A program made the translations under genes and the position numbers. This document shows positions 63,164 through 64,000 of a DNA stretch of 64,000 nt, piece by piece. Numbering within the stretch: position 1 is the stretch's first letter; every line of letters begins with the position of its first letter. The notes beneath the pieces are model-generated. The model did no database searches and was not told where the DNA came from. It saw only the letters and a program-made list of their open reading frames with translations. This DNA comes from a virus. Its lineage: Duplodnaviria; Heunggongvirae; Uroviricota; Caudoviricetes. The DNA is taken from the IMG/VR virus record IMGVR_UViG_3300031760_000013, positions 2,458 through 66,457 of that record, one strand, 5' to 3'.

Positions 63164-64000
63164 GCTGATATAGAAATGAGAGCCTCAACTTCCGTATGCA
63201 GGAAGTGCGGCACTGCGTATTCGCAATTAAAAGGTAACTTTCCTGTTTCGTACGGATATCTTTATAAGGGCGTTGGGTATTTGCCTTACTGCAAAAGGTG
63301 TGTTGAAGGCATTTATGCAGATTATCTATCTGAGTGCAAAGATCCAGAAAAAGCAGCTAGACAAGTATGTAGGAAGCTTGATATCTACTGGAATGCAAAA
63401 ATCTTTGATAACGTATCTAAGAAAGATACAACGAGGTCCGTTATGACAACATATTTGTCAAAAACGAATTCGATGAGCCATGCTGGTAAATCATACGATG
63501 ATACATTGCGCGAAGAAAATTCACTGTGGAAATTTTCATACGCCAAAGAGCGTGGCAAACAAGAATCTATTCCAGTTACAGTTGCGGTCGAAGAACCGAC
63601 AGATGAAGTAATTGCGTTCTGGGGCCCCGGCTATACGCCTGAGATGTATGCGGAATTGGAACAGAGGTTACAGTATTACAGATCGCAGATGGGAGACACT
63701 CAACAGGATATGGGCACAGATGCGCTTTTGCGGCAAATCGTTATGCTTGAGATAGATATTAACAAGGCGCGGGCAGAAGGACGAGACGTCGATAAGAAGA
63801 TGTCGACGTTTAACTCGCTCTTGTCATCTCTCGTGAAGCCGATGCAGAAAAAAGAGGATATGAGTTCCAGTGTTACCAACACTCCGTTCGGAGTATGGAT
63901 TAAACGTTGGGAAGACGAAAGACCTGTCCCAGAAATAGACGACAGTCTCAAGGATGTAGACGGAATCATCAAGTATATCTTGACATGGGTATACGGCCAT
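63164..64000 (+). CDS. hypothetical protein with N-terminal zinc ribbon (partial; runs off window end)
   Basis: Open frame from ATG 63164 to the window end with no stop (at least 279 aa); CRKCGTAY...CKRC. Confidence 0.45.

Noticed and set aside
63700-63972. ORF 63700..63972 (-)
   Set aside because: Antisense to the open, RBS-preceded plus-strand frame that runs from 63164 to the window end.

Overview
The window reads as part of a tailed-phage or prophage genome from a low-GC Gram-positive (Firmicutes-type) host. The host assignment rests on AGGAGG-type ribosome binding sites (RBS), AT-rich DNA and a YonO-like RNA polymerase. Genes are tightly packed. About 1-53.2 kb is transcribed almost entirely on the minus strand, and from 55.1 kb onward on the plus strand. 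The two blocks are separated by a roughly 1.9 kb AT-rich non-coding region that carries iterons and direct repeats. Products I could recognise are listed below in window order. From 1 to 9 kb there is a nucleotide-metabolism module: a partial PTH2-like peptidyl-tRNA hydrolase, a nucleoside 2-deoxyribosyltransferase-like protein, an NCS2 nucleobase permease, anaerobic RNR NrdD with an NrdG-like activase, a glutaredoxin-like protein, a 5'(3')-deoxyribonucleotidase, PhoH, a ClpP-like protease and a dNMP kinase. From 9.5 to 16.7 kb there is a replication module: a DnaE-type PolIII alpha with PHP domain, a DnaG-like primase, a DnaB-like helicase, a Cas4-like PD-(D/E)xK nuclease and an SSB. Further right are an RtcB RNA ligase, an ERF-like annealing protein, a solo MazF/PemK-like endoribonuclease, a cysteine desulfurase, two tyrosine recombinases, a C5-cytosine-methyltransferase-like protein, two radical-SAM proteins, an SPFH/prohibitin-like membrane protein, a PPP-family phosphatase, a tRNA, two HU-like proteins, a YonO-like two-barrel single-subunit RNA polymerase and an SbcD-like metallophosphoesterase. 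The most unusual locus is at 40.9-44.9 kb. A retron-type reverse transcriptase is preceded by a structured non-coding region bounded by inverted repeats. Directly upstream on the same strand sit a JAMM/MPN+ metalloprotease, an acidic protein ending in Gly-Gly and a minimal ThiF/MoeB-type E1-like enzyme. Other notable observations are a conserved RNA hairpin present four times with compensatory stem changes, and a second conserved roughly 60-nt upstream element present three times. There are also expanded families of small proteins sharing a C-terminal acidic FL motif, and a compositionally distinct GC-richer block at about 46.4-53.2 kb. All calls come from reading translated ORFs and sequence motifs by eye; no database search was run.
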